From NCBI GenBank assembly GCA_963766075.1, contig CAVYAN010000017.1:32001-96000 (forward strand): DNA of 64,000 nucleotides. The letters are read 5' to 3'. The DNA is from an uncultured cyanobacterium. Lineage in GTDB: Bacteria; Cyanobacteriota; Cyanobacteriia; Leptolyngbyales; Leptolyngbyaceae. The stretch's first letter is position 1. Each line of letters starts with the position of its first letter. Below are positions 13,762 to 24,228 of this stretch, piece by piece. A program made the position numbers and the translations under genes. The notes below the pieces were generated by a model, which was given only the letters and a program-made list of their open reading frames with translations, did no database searches and had not been told where the DNA came from.

Positions 13762-14571
13762 ATGGCAGGACATAGCAAGTGGGCGAATATCAAGCGCCAA
13801 AAAGCGCGAGTAGACGCGGTTAAAGGTAAAGTCTTTACAAAAATTGCCCGGGAGATTATTGTCGCCGCGCGGACCGGTGGGGGAGATCCCGCCGCTAACT
13901 TCCAGTTGCGTACGGCCATCGATAAGGCCAAGGCAGCGGGGATTCCCAACGATAATATTGATCGGGCGATCGCGAAAGGGGCCGGGAAACTGGGTGCCGA
14001 AGGAAGCTTAGAAGCGATTCGCTATGAGGGCTACGGACCCGGTGGGGTTGCCATTTTAATCGAAGCGCTAACGGATAACCGCAACCGCACTGCTGCCGAT
14101 CTGCGAGTTGCCTTTGGAAAAAATGGGGGCAATCTGGGCGAAATCGGTTGTGTGGGCTGGATGTTTGTGCAAAAGGGGAGTGTCACAGTGTCTCTCACGC
14201 CTCCTCGCGCGGGCCGAGGTCGTAAAGCGGAACCGTTCGCACTGATCAACGAAGAAGCATTGTTAGAGGCATTTTTGGAGGGGGGAGCGGAAGGCTACGA
14301 CATTTTTGACACCGAAGAGGGCAAGGTCGCTGAAGCCACAACTGCCCCCTCGAATTTGGAGCAATTGAGTCAAGTCTTAAAGGCCCAAGACTATCACCTG
14401 ACTCAGGTCGAGCTGCGTTGGATTCCCGAAAATACAGTGGATGTAGCAGATCCAGACCAAGCGCGATCGCTGCTCAAACTGATGGATGCTCTGGAAGATC
14501 TGGATGACGTGCAAACAGTGACGGCCAATTTTGAAATGGCTGATGAACTGATGTCACTCAGTGTGGTTTAG
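13762..14571 (+). CDS. yebC: YebC/PmpR family protein
   Basis: MAGHSKWANIKRQK, YEGYGPGGVA, TDNRNRT, LEDLDDVQ. Confidence 0.96.
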   Translation: MAGHSKWANIKRQKARVDAVKGKVFTKIAREIIVAARTGGGDPAANFQLRTAIDKAKAAGIPNDNIDRAIAKGAGKLGAEGSLEAIRYEGYGPGGVAILIEALTDNRNRTAADLRVAFGKNGGNLGEIGCVGWMFVQKGSVTVSLTPPRAGRGRKAEPFALINEEALLEAFLEGGAEGYDIFDTEEGKVAEATTAPSNLEQLSQVLKAQDYHLTQVELRWIPENTVDVADPDQARSLLKLMDALEDLDDVQTVTANFEMADELMSLSVV

Positions 14572-14620
14572 GGGAAGGCGCAGTTAACCATGCAAGATTA
14601 AAACCCATGCAAGATTAAAA

Positions 14621-14652
14621 AGGGGAAGTGAATGCCCCCATTCGCTTCCCCT
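14621..14652. terminator. Hairpin, putative terminator after yebC
   Basis: AGGGGAAGTGAATG-CCCC-CATTCGCTTCCCCT; A-run on the 5' side. Confidence 0.6.
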
Positions 14653-14686
14653 CGATTGACTTGTGCTCTATGGACTCTAATATAGT

Positions 14687-14809
14687 GGGTCGGAAACCGG
14701 AGCCACTTCATACGATTGGGTCACCCAAGTGGGTGAAATCATGTTTGGCCCTGGTCCCCTGATACCGCCCGGTGAGGACGATTACGGCAGCGATCGCTGT
14801 CCTCAGGCC
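14687..14809 (+). ncRNA. Candidate structured ncRNA or leader upstream of EamA transporter
   Basis: TTGACT (14656) and TAATAT (14678) promoter-like boxes, then an ~80-nt imperfect hairpin and a second hairpin. Confidence 0.5.
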
Positions 14810-14862
14810 AACTGTTCACGTCATTACTGTTCGCGTAATTTTGGAACGACCCGGTACACCCA

Positions 14863-14980
14863 TGCCACAACTCCGGTGCCACAACTCCGGTGCTACAACT
14901 CCGGTGCTACAACTCCGGTGCCAAAGCTCTGGTACCAAAGCACTCCAGCATCAAAGCACTCCGGTACCAAAACTCAGTGC
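14863..14980. repeat. Tandem repeat, ~8 copies of a 14-16 bp unit (TGCYACAACTCCGG), progressively degenerate
   Basis: Directly visible; first four units near-identical. Confidence 0.9.
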
Positions 14981-15047
14981 AATCCTATTATTCCAGCGTT
15001 AATCAGCTAAACTGGTTTCACTTAATCGCCAAACTGTAGGGTGTTGT

Positions 15048-15962
15048 GTGAGTCAAACGTCTAAACGGGGTGCGGCGATTTTAGCGCTATTGGCCCTGGC
15101 GCTAATTTGGGGATATAACTGGGTCCAGATGAAGATTGCGGTGACCTATGCGCCGCCTTTTGTGTTTTCGGCCCTGCGGGTTTCCCTGGGCGCGGCGTGT
15201 TTATTGGCAATGCTGGCTATTTTGCGTAAGCCACTGTGGCCCCAGGAAGTGCCAAAGACAATGGCGTCTGGCATGCTGCAAATTGCTGGCGTGTATGGGT
15301 TTGCCACGTGGGCGCTGGTGAGTGGTGGGGCTGGAAAGACGGCAGTTTTGGTGTATATCATGCCGTTTTGGACATTGATATTGGCCTGGATAATTTTAGG
15401 AGAACGGCTGCGGGGGTTGCAGTGGGTTGCGATTGGCTTTAGCGTAGCGGGGCTGATTTGCATTTTGGAGCCGAACCAATTGGGCGGTACGATCACCAGT
15501 AAGGCCTTGGCTATCATTGCGGGCATCTGCTGGGCAGGCGGGGCGGTCGTGACCAAGCATCTGCGCCAGCGGGTCACCCTAGACCTTCTATCTCTGACAA
15601 CGTGGCAAACTGTCTTTGCGGCCCTCCCCTTGATCCTGGTCGCGCTGATTATGCCCGCCGCGCCGATTCAGTGGACGGGGCCGTTTATATTCGCACTGGT
15701 GTATAACGTGATTCCAGGGACGGCAATCGCCACGCTCCTGTGGCTCTACATTTTGGATCAACTGCCGGCAGGGGTGGCCGGGTTGGGGATTTTGCTCAAT
15801 CCCGTGGTTGGGGTTTTAGCCGCCTGGATTCAATTGCAAGAGGTTCCTGGACCGATGGAAATCTGGGGGATGGCGCTGATCGCTGTGGCGCTGATCCTCA
15901 ACGCGGTTCAGGCTCTCGCCCACAGCCCGGAAAAAGCACCCAAGGACGCTGAAAAGGGTTAG
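15048..15962 (+). CDS. EamA/DMT family transporter
   Basis: ~10 TM segments, LIWGYNW, ILGERL, duplicated EamA halves. Confidence 0.9.
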   Translation: MSQTSKRGAAILALLALALIWGYNWVQMKIAVTYAPPFVFSALRVSLGAACLLAMLAILRKPLWPQEVPKTMASGMLQIAGVYGFATWALVSGGAGKTAVLVYIMPFWTLILAWIILGERLRGLQWVAIGFSVAGLICILEPNQLGGTITSKALAIIAGICWAGGAVVTKHLRQRVTLDLLSLTTWQTVFAALPLILVALIMPAAPIQWTGPFIFALVYNVIPGTAIATLLWLYILDQLPAGVAGLGILLNPVVGVLAAWIQLQEVPGPMEIWGMALIAVALILNAVQALAHSPEKAPKDAEKG

Positions 15963-16018
15963 GCCAAGAATTATGGGCCAGCGATTGAGCACAAACGCTT
16001 GTGCTCAATCGCTTGTGC

Positions 16019-17734
16019 TCAAAAGCCCAAATCTGCCTTTGCGGCGGCGGCGGCGGGTAACACCACCTCGGTGGGCAATTCTTCCCAGGCTGGATCGCCA
16101 ATTTCCCGATAAAACGCCTCGTCATAGGGACGGGTTTTAATCACTACGGGCATTGGGATAGCATGGCCCAGAATAAGCGCCTGCTGTTTAGAATCCAGCT
16201 TGGACAAGACCGATCGCAAACTTTGTCCGCCGGAGACTCCAGTAAAAATGGCATCAATGTCTTTCTCATCATTCAGTAAGGCTGTGATGCGGGTGCCGAT
16301 CTGCGACATGACTTCGTTATCTATTCCCGAAGGGCGCTGATCGACCACCAACAGCGTGACGAAGTACTTCCGCATTTCGCGGGCGATGGTGCCAAAGATG
16401 GTTTGACCCACGGTGGCCGGATCGAGAAAGCGATGCGCTTCTTCAATCGTGATCACCAGTTGGCGGGGGCGATCGCTGACATTTTTGGTTTGCAGAAACT
16501 TCTCAGCCTTATGCACATAGGCCCGATGAATGCGGCGGGCAATAATATTAGTGGCCAGCATATAGGACAGCATATTGGATTGTGAACCAAACTCCACCAC
16601 AACGTGTTTGCCAGCTTCCACAGTTTCCAAAATTTGACCGACATAATTGTGGGGACAAGTCTGACGAATATACTTGAGATCATCTAAGCGAGTGAGCTTG
16701 CGTTGTAGCGCCATAATCGAAGATTTACTCCCCATCTTCGTCTCACAGAATTCTTGAATCTCCTCATTAGTCATGGCTAACAAGCGCGAAATCCAGGCTT
16801 TACCAAATTCATTCCGTAGTATAATTGCATTTTCTAAACTGGCTTCCGACAGGTTTAACTCGCCCCGCACCAGCGCCAAATCTTCCACGTCAATCTGGTC
16901 ATAGCTAATGTACAGCTCCTGGGCGTCCCGCACGCCGCGCCGCTTCGTCGAATCGGGATCCAGGGTATAGATCTGCACCTGGCCAGGAAAAAGCTGACGC
17001 AACCCTTTAACCGTGCTGAAGTGCTTGCCTTCTCGCGTGGCCTCCCAGCCGTACTCCGAATGCATGTCAAAGATTAAATTCACTGCCGCTTGCCGTCGGA
17101 TAATGCCGGAGAGCAATAGCCGCGTCAAAAACGATTTGCCCGTTCCCGATTTACCAAAAACACCGTTACTGCGTTCGACAAATCGATCTAAATCAATGCA
17201 CACAGGCACAGCCATATCAATGGGCATCCCGATCGCAAAATTCCGACGATGGGGATCATCCTCCCAGCCAAACACTGCCCGAAAATCCCAGGCGCTGGCT
17301 TCATACACTTGGCTAAAGTGACTGGGAATGGTCTTCACAGGCAACAGTTCCATCTCGCCATGGACAACTTTAGCCGGGGAACTCTGAGCAGTGGAATTCT
17401 GCAGCTCGAGCTTTGCGCCTGGAAAAGGTGCCTCCGGCTCTGGGGTCATCATGAGCATGGGCGCGAGTTCCACCGTGCCAAAGGTGCCGGAACCCGCTAA
17501 GACCTCTTGCAGGAAGGTATTGGACGGCTCGGGCGGATTCGCCGCGATGCGACTACTGGACGTGCCCAGGGAAACATCCGTCAGCATGCAGAAAAAGCGC
17601 GATCGCACCCCTTGCACGACCAAAAATTTGCCTACACGCATGTCCTCAACGAGGACATCCGGATGCAAACGCACTTCTAGGCCCTGGCTAAGGGAACCTT
17701 GAATGACGGAACCAAGGGGGTGTTCTGCGGTCAT
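16019..17734 (-). CDS. HerA-like ATPase (HAS barrel + DUF87/FtsK-HerA P-loop domain)
   Basis: N-terminal LGSVIQGSLSQGL barrel, Walker A GKSGTGKS, FDMHSEY, Walker B ITIEEAH, REMRKY, DQRPS. Confidence 0.88.
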   Translation of the reverse strand: MTAEHPLGSVIQGSLSQGLEVRLHPDVLVEDMRVGKFLVVQGVRSRFFCMLTDVSLGTSSSRIAANPPEPSNTFLQEVLAGSGTFGTVELAPMLMMTPEPEAPFPGAKLELQNSTAQSSPAKVVHGEMELLPVKTIPSHFSQVYEASAWDFRAVFGWEDDPHRRNFAIGMPIDMAVPVCIDLDRFVERSNGVFGKSGTGKSFLTRLLLSGIIRRQAAVNLIFDMHSEYGWEATREGKHFSTVKGLRQLFPGQVQIYTLDPDSTKRRGVRDAQELYISYDQIDVEDLALVRGELNLSEASLENAIILRNEFGKAWISRLLAMTNEEIQEFCETKMGSKSSIMALQRKLTRLDDLKYIRQTCPHNYVGQILETVEAGKHVVVEFGSQSNMLSYMLATNIIARRIHRAYVHKAEKFLQTKNVSDRPRQLVITIEEAHRFLDPATVGQTIFGTIAREMRKYFVTLLVVDQRPSGIDNEVMSQIGTRITALLNDEKDIDAIFTGVSGGQSLRSVLSKLDSKQQALILGHAIPMPVVIKTRPYDEAFYREIGDPAWEELPTEVVLPAAAAAKADLGF

Positions 17735-17964
17735 GCCAACCTCGGTCGCAAAGGACAGATAGTTGTGAATTAGGGAGCTGTAAAATCAAGCACGTCAGGC
17801 TTAACCCCACCCAGCCCAATCACGTTAGTCTCAACCACATTAGTACATTACCAATACATTGTGTCAAGTTCCATCGTCCCGTCCGTCGTCTCATCATCGG
17901 CCTGCGATCAACTCCCCCTGACACTGGCCAAACTTGGCCCGCTAGACCTGAGCTTAGCTAGAGA

Positions 17965-20313
17965 CTAACCAGGCGTGCCGCTCACACTCTGCTTAACTGC
18001 CTCAATGGCCCACAGCGTCGCCTCCGGCGTAGCGGGAGAAGGTAACGGGACCACCGTCGGCGTCCCGAAGGCCGCGATCGCCTCCCGAATGGCCTCCCGC
18101 ACTGAAATCGCCAGCATCAGTGGCGGTTCCCCCACGGCCTTACTGCCATAGATCACCCCATCCTGGGCCGCCCGTTGCAGCAGATGAACATGGAACTGTT
18201 CCGGCACCTCGCTGATGGTGGGAATTTTGTAGGTGCTGGGGGCAAAGGTCCGCAGGCGAGCCTGACTGTCCCACACCAGTTCTTCCATGGTCAGCCAGCC
18301 CATGCCCTGCACAAAAGCCCCCTCGATTTGGCCCAGATCCACGAGGGGATTCAACGACTCGCCCACGTCGTGGACAATATCTACCTGACGTAGTTTAAAT
18401 GTGCCCGTAAAGCCATCTACTTCTACCTCACTCACGGCAGCGCCATAGGCAAAGTAGTAAAACGGTCGGCCTTTTCCGGTTACAGGATCCCAAGACAAAT
18501 TCGGAGTGCGATAGTAGCCTGTGGCCGACAGGCTAATGCGATCGCTATACGCCTGCTGCACCACGGCCACAAACTCCACCCGAATTTGGGGATAGGAACG
18601 GCAGTACAGCCAATCATCGGCGAATTCCAAATCCTCCGGTGCATCCAGATGCAGCATCTTAGCGGCCACCGCCGCGAGACGCGTTTTCAAAATTTCACAG
18701 GCATTTTTCACCGCTTGCCCGTTGAGGTCAGAGCCACTGGAGGCGGCGGTTGCCGAGGTGTTGGGCACTTTGTCGGTGCTGGTGGGCATCACCCGGAAGC
18801 GCTGGAGACTGACGCCTAGGCTGCGGGCCGCCACTTGCACCATTTTGGTGTGCAGTCCCTGCCCCATTTCTGTGCCGCCATGGTTGAGCTGAATGCTGCC
18901 GTCGGTGTAAATCAGCAGGAGCGCCCCTGCCTGGTTGTATTCCACTTTGTTGAAGGATACGCCAAACTTGATCGGCGTGATGGCGATCGCCCGCTTTCGA
19001 TGGGGACTCGCCTGATTGAACTGGGCGATCGCAACTTGCCGCTCCCCAAACCGGGCATTGGCCTTGGCCTCGTTCCAGACGCGGGCGATCCGGTTGTCCA
19101 TAATTTCCTGCCCGTAGTGCGTCGTGTTGCTGTCTCCCTCACCGCGGTAAAAGTTGCGTTCCCGCACCACATCACCCGGTAGGCCCAAATGGCGCGCTAC
19201 CCGATCCACAATTTCTTCAATCACAATCATCCCCTGCGGCCCACCAAAGCCTCGAAAGGCAGTGTTCGAGGTCTTGTGGGTTTTGGCAATGTGCCCACGC
19301 ACGGTCAAATCCGGAATGTAGTAGGCATTGTCAATGTGCAGCATGGCCCGTCCGAGCACAGGTGGCGACAAGTCGAGACTCCAGCCCCCATCGGCATAAA
19401 GGTCTACATCCAAGGCGGTGAGGAGGCCCTCGGCAGTGAAGCCAACCGTGTAATGACCTAAAAAGCCATGACGCTTGCCGGTAAGCTGCATATCGTGATG
19501 GCGACCTAGGCGACAGCGCACCGGACGGCCTGTTTTTTGGGCAGCGATCGCCGCCAACGCCGCAAAGGGATTCGCCTGGGACTCTTTTCCGCCAAATCCG
19601 CCCCCCATCCGCAGGCAAGTCACCACCACCTGATGGACGGGAATCCCCAGAACCCGCGCCACAATCACCTGGGTTTCCGTGGGGTGCTGCGTAGACGCAT
19701 AGACGTGATAATTGCCTTCACCGTCGGGAATAGTCCAACTGGCATGGGTTTCCAGGTAAAAGTGATCCTGACCATTCATCGCCACGTCACCACTGAGAAC
19801 ATGGGGCGCTACCGACAAGGCCGCCGCCGGATCACCGCGCTGGATGGTTTGGGGAGCCGTATGAAAAGACTGCTGGGCGATCGCCTCTGGAAGCGTGGCG
19901 ATCGGCTCTAAGGGCTCATACGCCACCATGACCGCCGCCGCACCGCACCGCGCCGCCGCCTCGGTTTCTCCTGCCACCCAGGCCACCGCTTGCCCCCAAT
20001 ATTGCACCGTGTCCGTAGGCAGCAGCACTTCATCCAGGACAATCACCCCAGTGTTGTTTTTGCCGGGAACATCCGCCGCCGTCAGCGCGGTCACTACCCC
20101 AGCCACCGCCAACGCGGGAGCCACATCCAAGTGGGTGATGCGGGCATGGGCATGGGGAGCCAACACCGGATAGAGGGAAAGCATCCCTGCAAACGGGCGC
20201 TGATCATCGGTATAGATGGCGCTGCCGCTGACGTGGTGGTGGGCACTTTCATGGCGGCGGCTCTCGCGGGCGGAGGAGGGCACAGAGGCAGAGGGGGGCG
20301 CAGGGGCGTTCAT
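17965..20313 (-). CDS. xdhB: Xanthine dehydrogenase molybdopterin-binding subunit
   Basis: QDHFYLE, MGGGFGGKESQ, AFRGFGGPQG, HGGTEMGQG, SKAVGEPP. Confidence 0.95.
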   Translation of the reverse strand: MNAPAPPSASVPSSARESRRHESAHHHVSGSAIYTDDQRPFAGMLSLYPVLAPHAHARITHLDVAPALAVAGVVTALTAADVPGKNNTGVIVLDEVLLPTDTVQYWGQAVAWVAGETEAAARCGAAAVMVAYEPLEPIATLPEAIAQQSFHTAPQTIQRGDPAAALSVAPHVLSGDVAMNGQDHFYLETHASWTIPDGEGNYHVYASTQHPTETQVIVARVLGIPVHQVVVTCLRMGGGFGGKESQANPFAALAAIAAQKTGRPVRCRLGRHHDMQLTGKRHGFLGHYTVGFTAEGLLTALDVDLYADGGWSLDLSPPVLGRAMLHIDNAYYIPDLTVRGHIAKTHKTSNTAFRGFGGPQGMIVIEEIVDRVARHLGLPGDVVRERNFYRGEGDSNTTHYGQEIMDNRIARVWNEAKANARFGERQVAIAQFNQASPHRKRAIAITPIKFGVSFNKVEYNQAGALLLIYTDGSIQLNHGGTEMGQGLHTKMVQVAARSLGVSLQRFRVMPTSTDKVPNTSATAASSGSDLNGQAVKNACEILKTRLAAVAAKMLHLDAPEDLEFADDWLYCRSYPQIRVEFVAVVQQAYSDRISLSATGYYRTPNLSWDPVTGKGRPFYYFAYGAAVSEVEVDGFTGTFKLRQVDIVHDVGESLNPLVDLGQIEGAFVQGMGWLTMEELVWDSQARLRTFAPSTYKIPTISEVPEQFHVHLLQRAAQDGVIYGSKAVGEPPLMLAISVREAIREAIAAFGTPTVVPLPSPATPEATLWAIEAVKQSVSGTPG

Positions 20314-21786
20314 ACAGACATCTCCACGAAAAACTTTTCAAATAAATTGGCCACTAAGAGCCGTCGATAGTCGGCACTGCCCCGCAGGTCAGACAGCGGC
20401 GTAAAGGCATCACGCAGTGCCGGTTTGATCGCCTGAATGGTATCGGCGGTCCAGGGCTGGCCGAGGAGCTGCTGTTCTAGGGCGATCGCCCGAACCGGGG
20501 TCGCCGCCACCCCACCATAGGCCAGACGGGCATGGACAACTCGCTGCTGTGCATCGAGATCAATCGTGAAGGCTGCCGCCACGATACTAATGTCATCGGT
20601 GCCGCGCTTGCCAATTTTGTAGGACTGGGCAAGGCGACGGACGGCGGTGGGTGTTATCGTCCGGGGAATCAGCACCGAGACAATCACTTCCCCCGCCTGT
20701 AGGGCTGTTTGCCGATAGCCCTGGAAAAAACTTGCCAGGGGTAATCGGCGTTCTCCGGCGGCACTGGCAAGGCGCAGTTCGGCATCCAGCGCTAGCAGGA
20801 CCGGCGGCAAGTCGCCAATGGGTGAGGCGGTGCCGATGTTGCCGCCCAGCGTGGCTCGGTTGCGCACCTGTCGGGCCGCGAACCAGTGCAGCATTTCATC
20901 CAGACTGGGAAAGATGCCATGCAGATTGGCTTCAATATGACTGAGGGGGACAGCAGCCCCAATTTCGACAACATCAGGGGCGATCGCCCAATGGTGCAAC
21001 TCGGCCACGGCCTCTAGGGAAATCAGTACTGGATAGGTTTGGCGATGGTGGCTCAGCTCTAATCCCAAATCCGTCGCCCCGGCGATCAACGTGGCCTCTG
21101 GAAACTGTGCCAGTAAGGTGAGGACATCTGCAAGCTGGGTCGGACGATAAAACCGTTGCGCTGGACCCGGACGGGACGAGGCCAGGGAATCGGGTTCCGT
21201 CTGGGACAGGTCCGGTAGGGGCGAGGCGACCGGAGATGGCTGGGTGAGGCGATCGGTGAAGCGATCGTCTGACCGCCTGCCCATCTCCCCGCGCCTGCAC
21301 CACCTGCTGTGCGGCCCGCCGAATCGCCACATAGCCCGTACAGCGACAGAGATTGCCCTCTACGCAGATGTCATCCACATCACCGCTGTAGTAAGCGGCA
21401 AACAGACTCATGATAAATCCCGGCGTGCAGTATCCACACTGGGAGCCGCCCGTATGGACCATGGCCACCTGGACTGGATGCAGCCCCTCCAAACCTGCCC
21501 CTGCCGACGCTAACCCCTCTACGGTAATCACTTCTCGCCCCGCCACGGCTCCAAGGGGAATTAAGCAGCTATTCACCGCCGCATAGTGCGGTTTGCCATC
21601 GGCTCCTGGACTGACAAGGGCGACCGTACAAGCGCCGCAGTCGCCGTCCCCGCAGCCTTCCTTGGTGCCAATCCGCCCACTCAACCGCAAATATTCCAGC
21701 AGGGTTTGACTGGGATCAGATTGGTGCAGGCTAATCAATTCGCCATTCAGCACCAGGGCGAGGGGGGGTGTTATGGGGTTTGCCAT
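20310..21786 (-). CDS. xdhA: Xanthine dehydrogenase Fe-S/FAD subunit (frameshift ~21270-21290)
   Basis: GTKEGCGDGDCGACT, QCGYCTPGF, GNLCRCTGY in one frame; IAGATDLG, QVRNRATLGGNI, DDIS, SDLRGSADYR in another; stop overlaps the xdhB start; exact start uncertain. Confidence 0.9.
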
Positions 21787-22397
21787 ACCTTGATTCACAA
21801 TCGTCATCCCATCGTTGAACACTCCAGCTATCTTGGCATTGTGATTTCAATTTACACGTTACAAATAATGCAATTTGTTATTTGCACAGGTATTTCCAAG
21901 GAAGAATATCTTAGAAGGTGGCAAGAGGAATGAGCGCGGAAACTGGCTTCAGGTTTGGGGTGAATCTGCATTTTGGTTCCGGATATCATGTGACAGTTCA
22001 CTAGAAATGCTGCTACGATGAATTTAGTCAAGGTGGCATTGGTCGGTTTTTACCAAACTTTCATGTTTCTATGATGAAGTTCAGGAAATCATGAACTATT
22101 TTCAAGAGACGCTACGGGTCATTTCAGGAAACCCAGAGTAAAATCACACGCCCTAAACTTGGGGAGCAAATTAGCTCACCCACCTTCTCAGGAGGGTGCA
22201 ACAGACCGCTCGCATCCCAATTTCGATGGATTTTCTGAACTGTGATTAGCTTTTAGACAAAAAATATTATCCAAACGCACTCTCTCGGCTGATTGATATG
22301 GGTTGTTGGGAGCATCTTTGCTCTAATTTTTCGTCTCTCTAGTGTAACATATTTTCTCTTCTAACATTTTATAAGACGCTCTTGTCCTGCTTCAGAC

Positions 22398-22937
22398 ATG
22401 CTTATGAATTGGCGCTCATCCCCGTCTCAGGCCGTATCCCAGACTGCTGAACAGCATCCCTCATCCACCCCTGTATTGGAACGCATTAATTTATTGTTCC
22501 GCTATGGTTTGCAACAATTGGCTCAGCAGCATTACGCCGAGGCCGTTGCAAGTTTTAGTCGGGCAGTGAAAATACAGCCGAACCGAGCCATGCTTTGGTA
22601 CTACCGGGGGGATGCCTTAGCCAACCTGGGCCGCTATCGCGAAGCATTGTCTAGCTTTGAGCAGGCACTCCGATTAAATGCCAATAGTCACGAGGCTTGG
22701 ACCTTTCGGGCGGTGATGTTGATTCATCTGCAACGCTATGAAGAAGCGGTAGACAGTTGCGATCGCGCTTTGGCGATCCACCCCAATGATCGCGAAGCGC
22801 TGGTATTTCGGGGGGCGGCCTTGAGCCATTTGGGCCATTACAGACGTGCCTACAGGAGCTATGGGCATGCTGCTGGCAGGCAACGGCTGTCGTTGTGGCA
22901 GCGTCTGCAACGTTTTTTCTTGAAGCTTGTAGATTAA
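22398..22937 (+). CDS. TPR repeat protein
   Basis: About four TPR units (WYYRGDALANLGRYREALSSFEQAL). Confidence 0.85.
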   Translation: MLMNWRSSPSQAVSQTAEQHPSSTPVLERINLLFRYGLQQLAQQHYAEAVASFSRAVKIQPNRAMLWYYRGDALANLGRYREALSSFEQALRLNANSHEAWTFRAVMLIHLQRYEEAVDSCDRALAIHPNDREALVFRGAALSHLGHYRRAYRSYGHAAGRQRLSLWQRLQRFFLKLVD

Positions 22938-23077
22938 GGCTCTCTTCCCCATCGTAGGAGGCCAGCACGTAGGGGATCAGCACGTAGGGGATCAGCACAA
23001 GGATGCGGGTCGGAGATGTGGGCCGGAGGATAGTCGTTGCGGAGGGCAGCGATCGCTGCCCTTTGATGGATTGCGGT

Positions 23078-24031
23078 TCATCTATGTTTGCTGGGGACAG
23101 CAGCATCGTTTGGGTCCTCTGGGCGATCGGGGTGCCACCCTGGGTGGTTGTCAAACCGTTGATGCAGGAATTCAACCAGTAATCGAACTTTAGTGGAGAG
23201 ATGGCGGTTCACGGGATAAATCGCAGAAATCGTCAGTTCTGGTGAATGATATGCGGGCAAAACCCGCTGCAATGTCCCTTGTTGTAATGCCTGTCCCACG
23301 ATAAACGTGGGCAGTAGGGTAATCCCTAATCCCCGAACCGCCGCATCCCTCAAGACTTCCCCATTGTTGGAACACAACACGCCCGTCACCGATAGAGTGT
23401 GCTCTTCATCCAGGCTCATGAATGTCCACTGGTCTTCAACGGCGAGTTGGCCATAGTGCAAACAGGAATGATGGTGCAGTTCATCTGGATGCGTGGGGAT
23501 GCCGTGCTGTTCGAGATAGCTGGGAGCCGCACACAACACCCGCTGAACTGTGGCTAACGAATGCACAATCCAACTTGCACTGTTCTGCGGTTTGGCAATA
23601 CGGATCGTGACATCAAAGCCTTCTTCGATCGGGTCAATGAAGCGATCGCTCAATGTCAACTGCACGCGGAGATCAGGATATTGCCCTAAAAAATCCGCCA
23701 GAGCAGGAGCCAGGTACAGGGTGCCAAAGGTCATGGGTGCATTCACTTTCAGCCTACCTCTCGGTTCTGCTTGGAGTTGGGTCAGCGATCGTTCTGCCTC
23801 CTCCAAACTTGCCAAAATCTCGATACACCGCTCATGAAAGGCTAGCCCCGCTTCCGTTGGAATCACCACCCGCGTACTGCGGTGCAAAAGCTGAACGCCT
23901 AAGTCATTTTCAAGCGCAATCACCAGCTTGTTGACCTGCAATCGGGACAATCCCATCTCCCGCGCGGCGGCGGCAAAGCCGCCAGAATTGACGACTTGAG
24001 TAAAGGCACGAATACTTTCAAACTTGTCCAT
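23078..24031 (-). CDS. LysR family regulator (CrgA-like), divergent from pirin
   Basis: GGFAAAAREMG HTH, LENDLGVQLLHRSTR, DPIEEGFDVTIR. Confidence 0.92.
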   Translation of the reverse strand: MDKFESIRAFTQVVNSGGFAAAAREMGLSRLQVNKLVIALENDLGVQLLHRSTRVVIPTEAGLAFHERCIEILASLEEAERSLTQLQAEPRGRLKVNAPMTFGTLYLAPALADFLGQYPDLRVQLTLSDRFIDPIEEGFDVTIRIAKPQNSASWIVHSLATVQRVLCAAPSYLEQHGIPTHPDELHHHSCLHYGQLAVEDQWTFMSLDEEHTLSVTGVLCSNNGEVLRDAAVRGLGITLLPTFIVGQALQQGTLQRVLPAYHSPELTISAIYPVNRHLSTKVRLLVEFLHQRFDNHPGWHPDRPEDPNDAAVPSKHR

Positions 24032-24039
24032 CGTTGGTT

Positions 24040-24103
24040 ATTGTAGATTTTTTAGAGACAATCCGTATATAAAATAGTATATTGTCTTTTAATTGAATTC
24101 AAT
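24040..24103. promoter_or_regulatory. Putative LysR binding sites between the lysR and pirin genes
   Basis: Inverted repeats ATTGT-N13-ACAAT (24040-24062) and ATTG-N15-CAAT (24081-24103). Confidence 0.55.
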
Positions 24104-24228
24104 TCATAATAACGATGTGCCTAAAAAAAGGGAAAAAGGCAACCGAAAAATGGGACGCAGAAAAAGACGACCATCTTCTCGCCCTTAATCTCTATCCCTT
24201 CTCCCAAATTCCATCGGAGGTATCCCCT

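Noticed and set aside
14863..14980. CRISPR array
   Set aside because: Units are 14-16 bp and contiguous with no unique spacers; no cas genes
16019..17734. HerA-based anti-phage system
   Set aside because: No Sir2, nuclease or other defence partner adjacent; HIP1-rich core context suggests the housekeeping HerA-like gene
21954..21966. c-di-AMP (ydaO) riboswitch suggested by TTTGGGGTGAATC
   Set aside because: Flanking GCTGAATCC and GTCAGCTAAC-type elements not found
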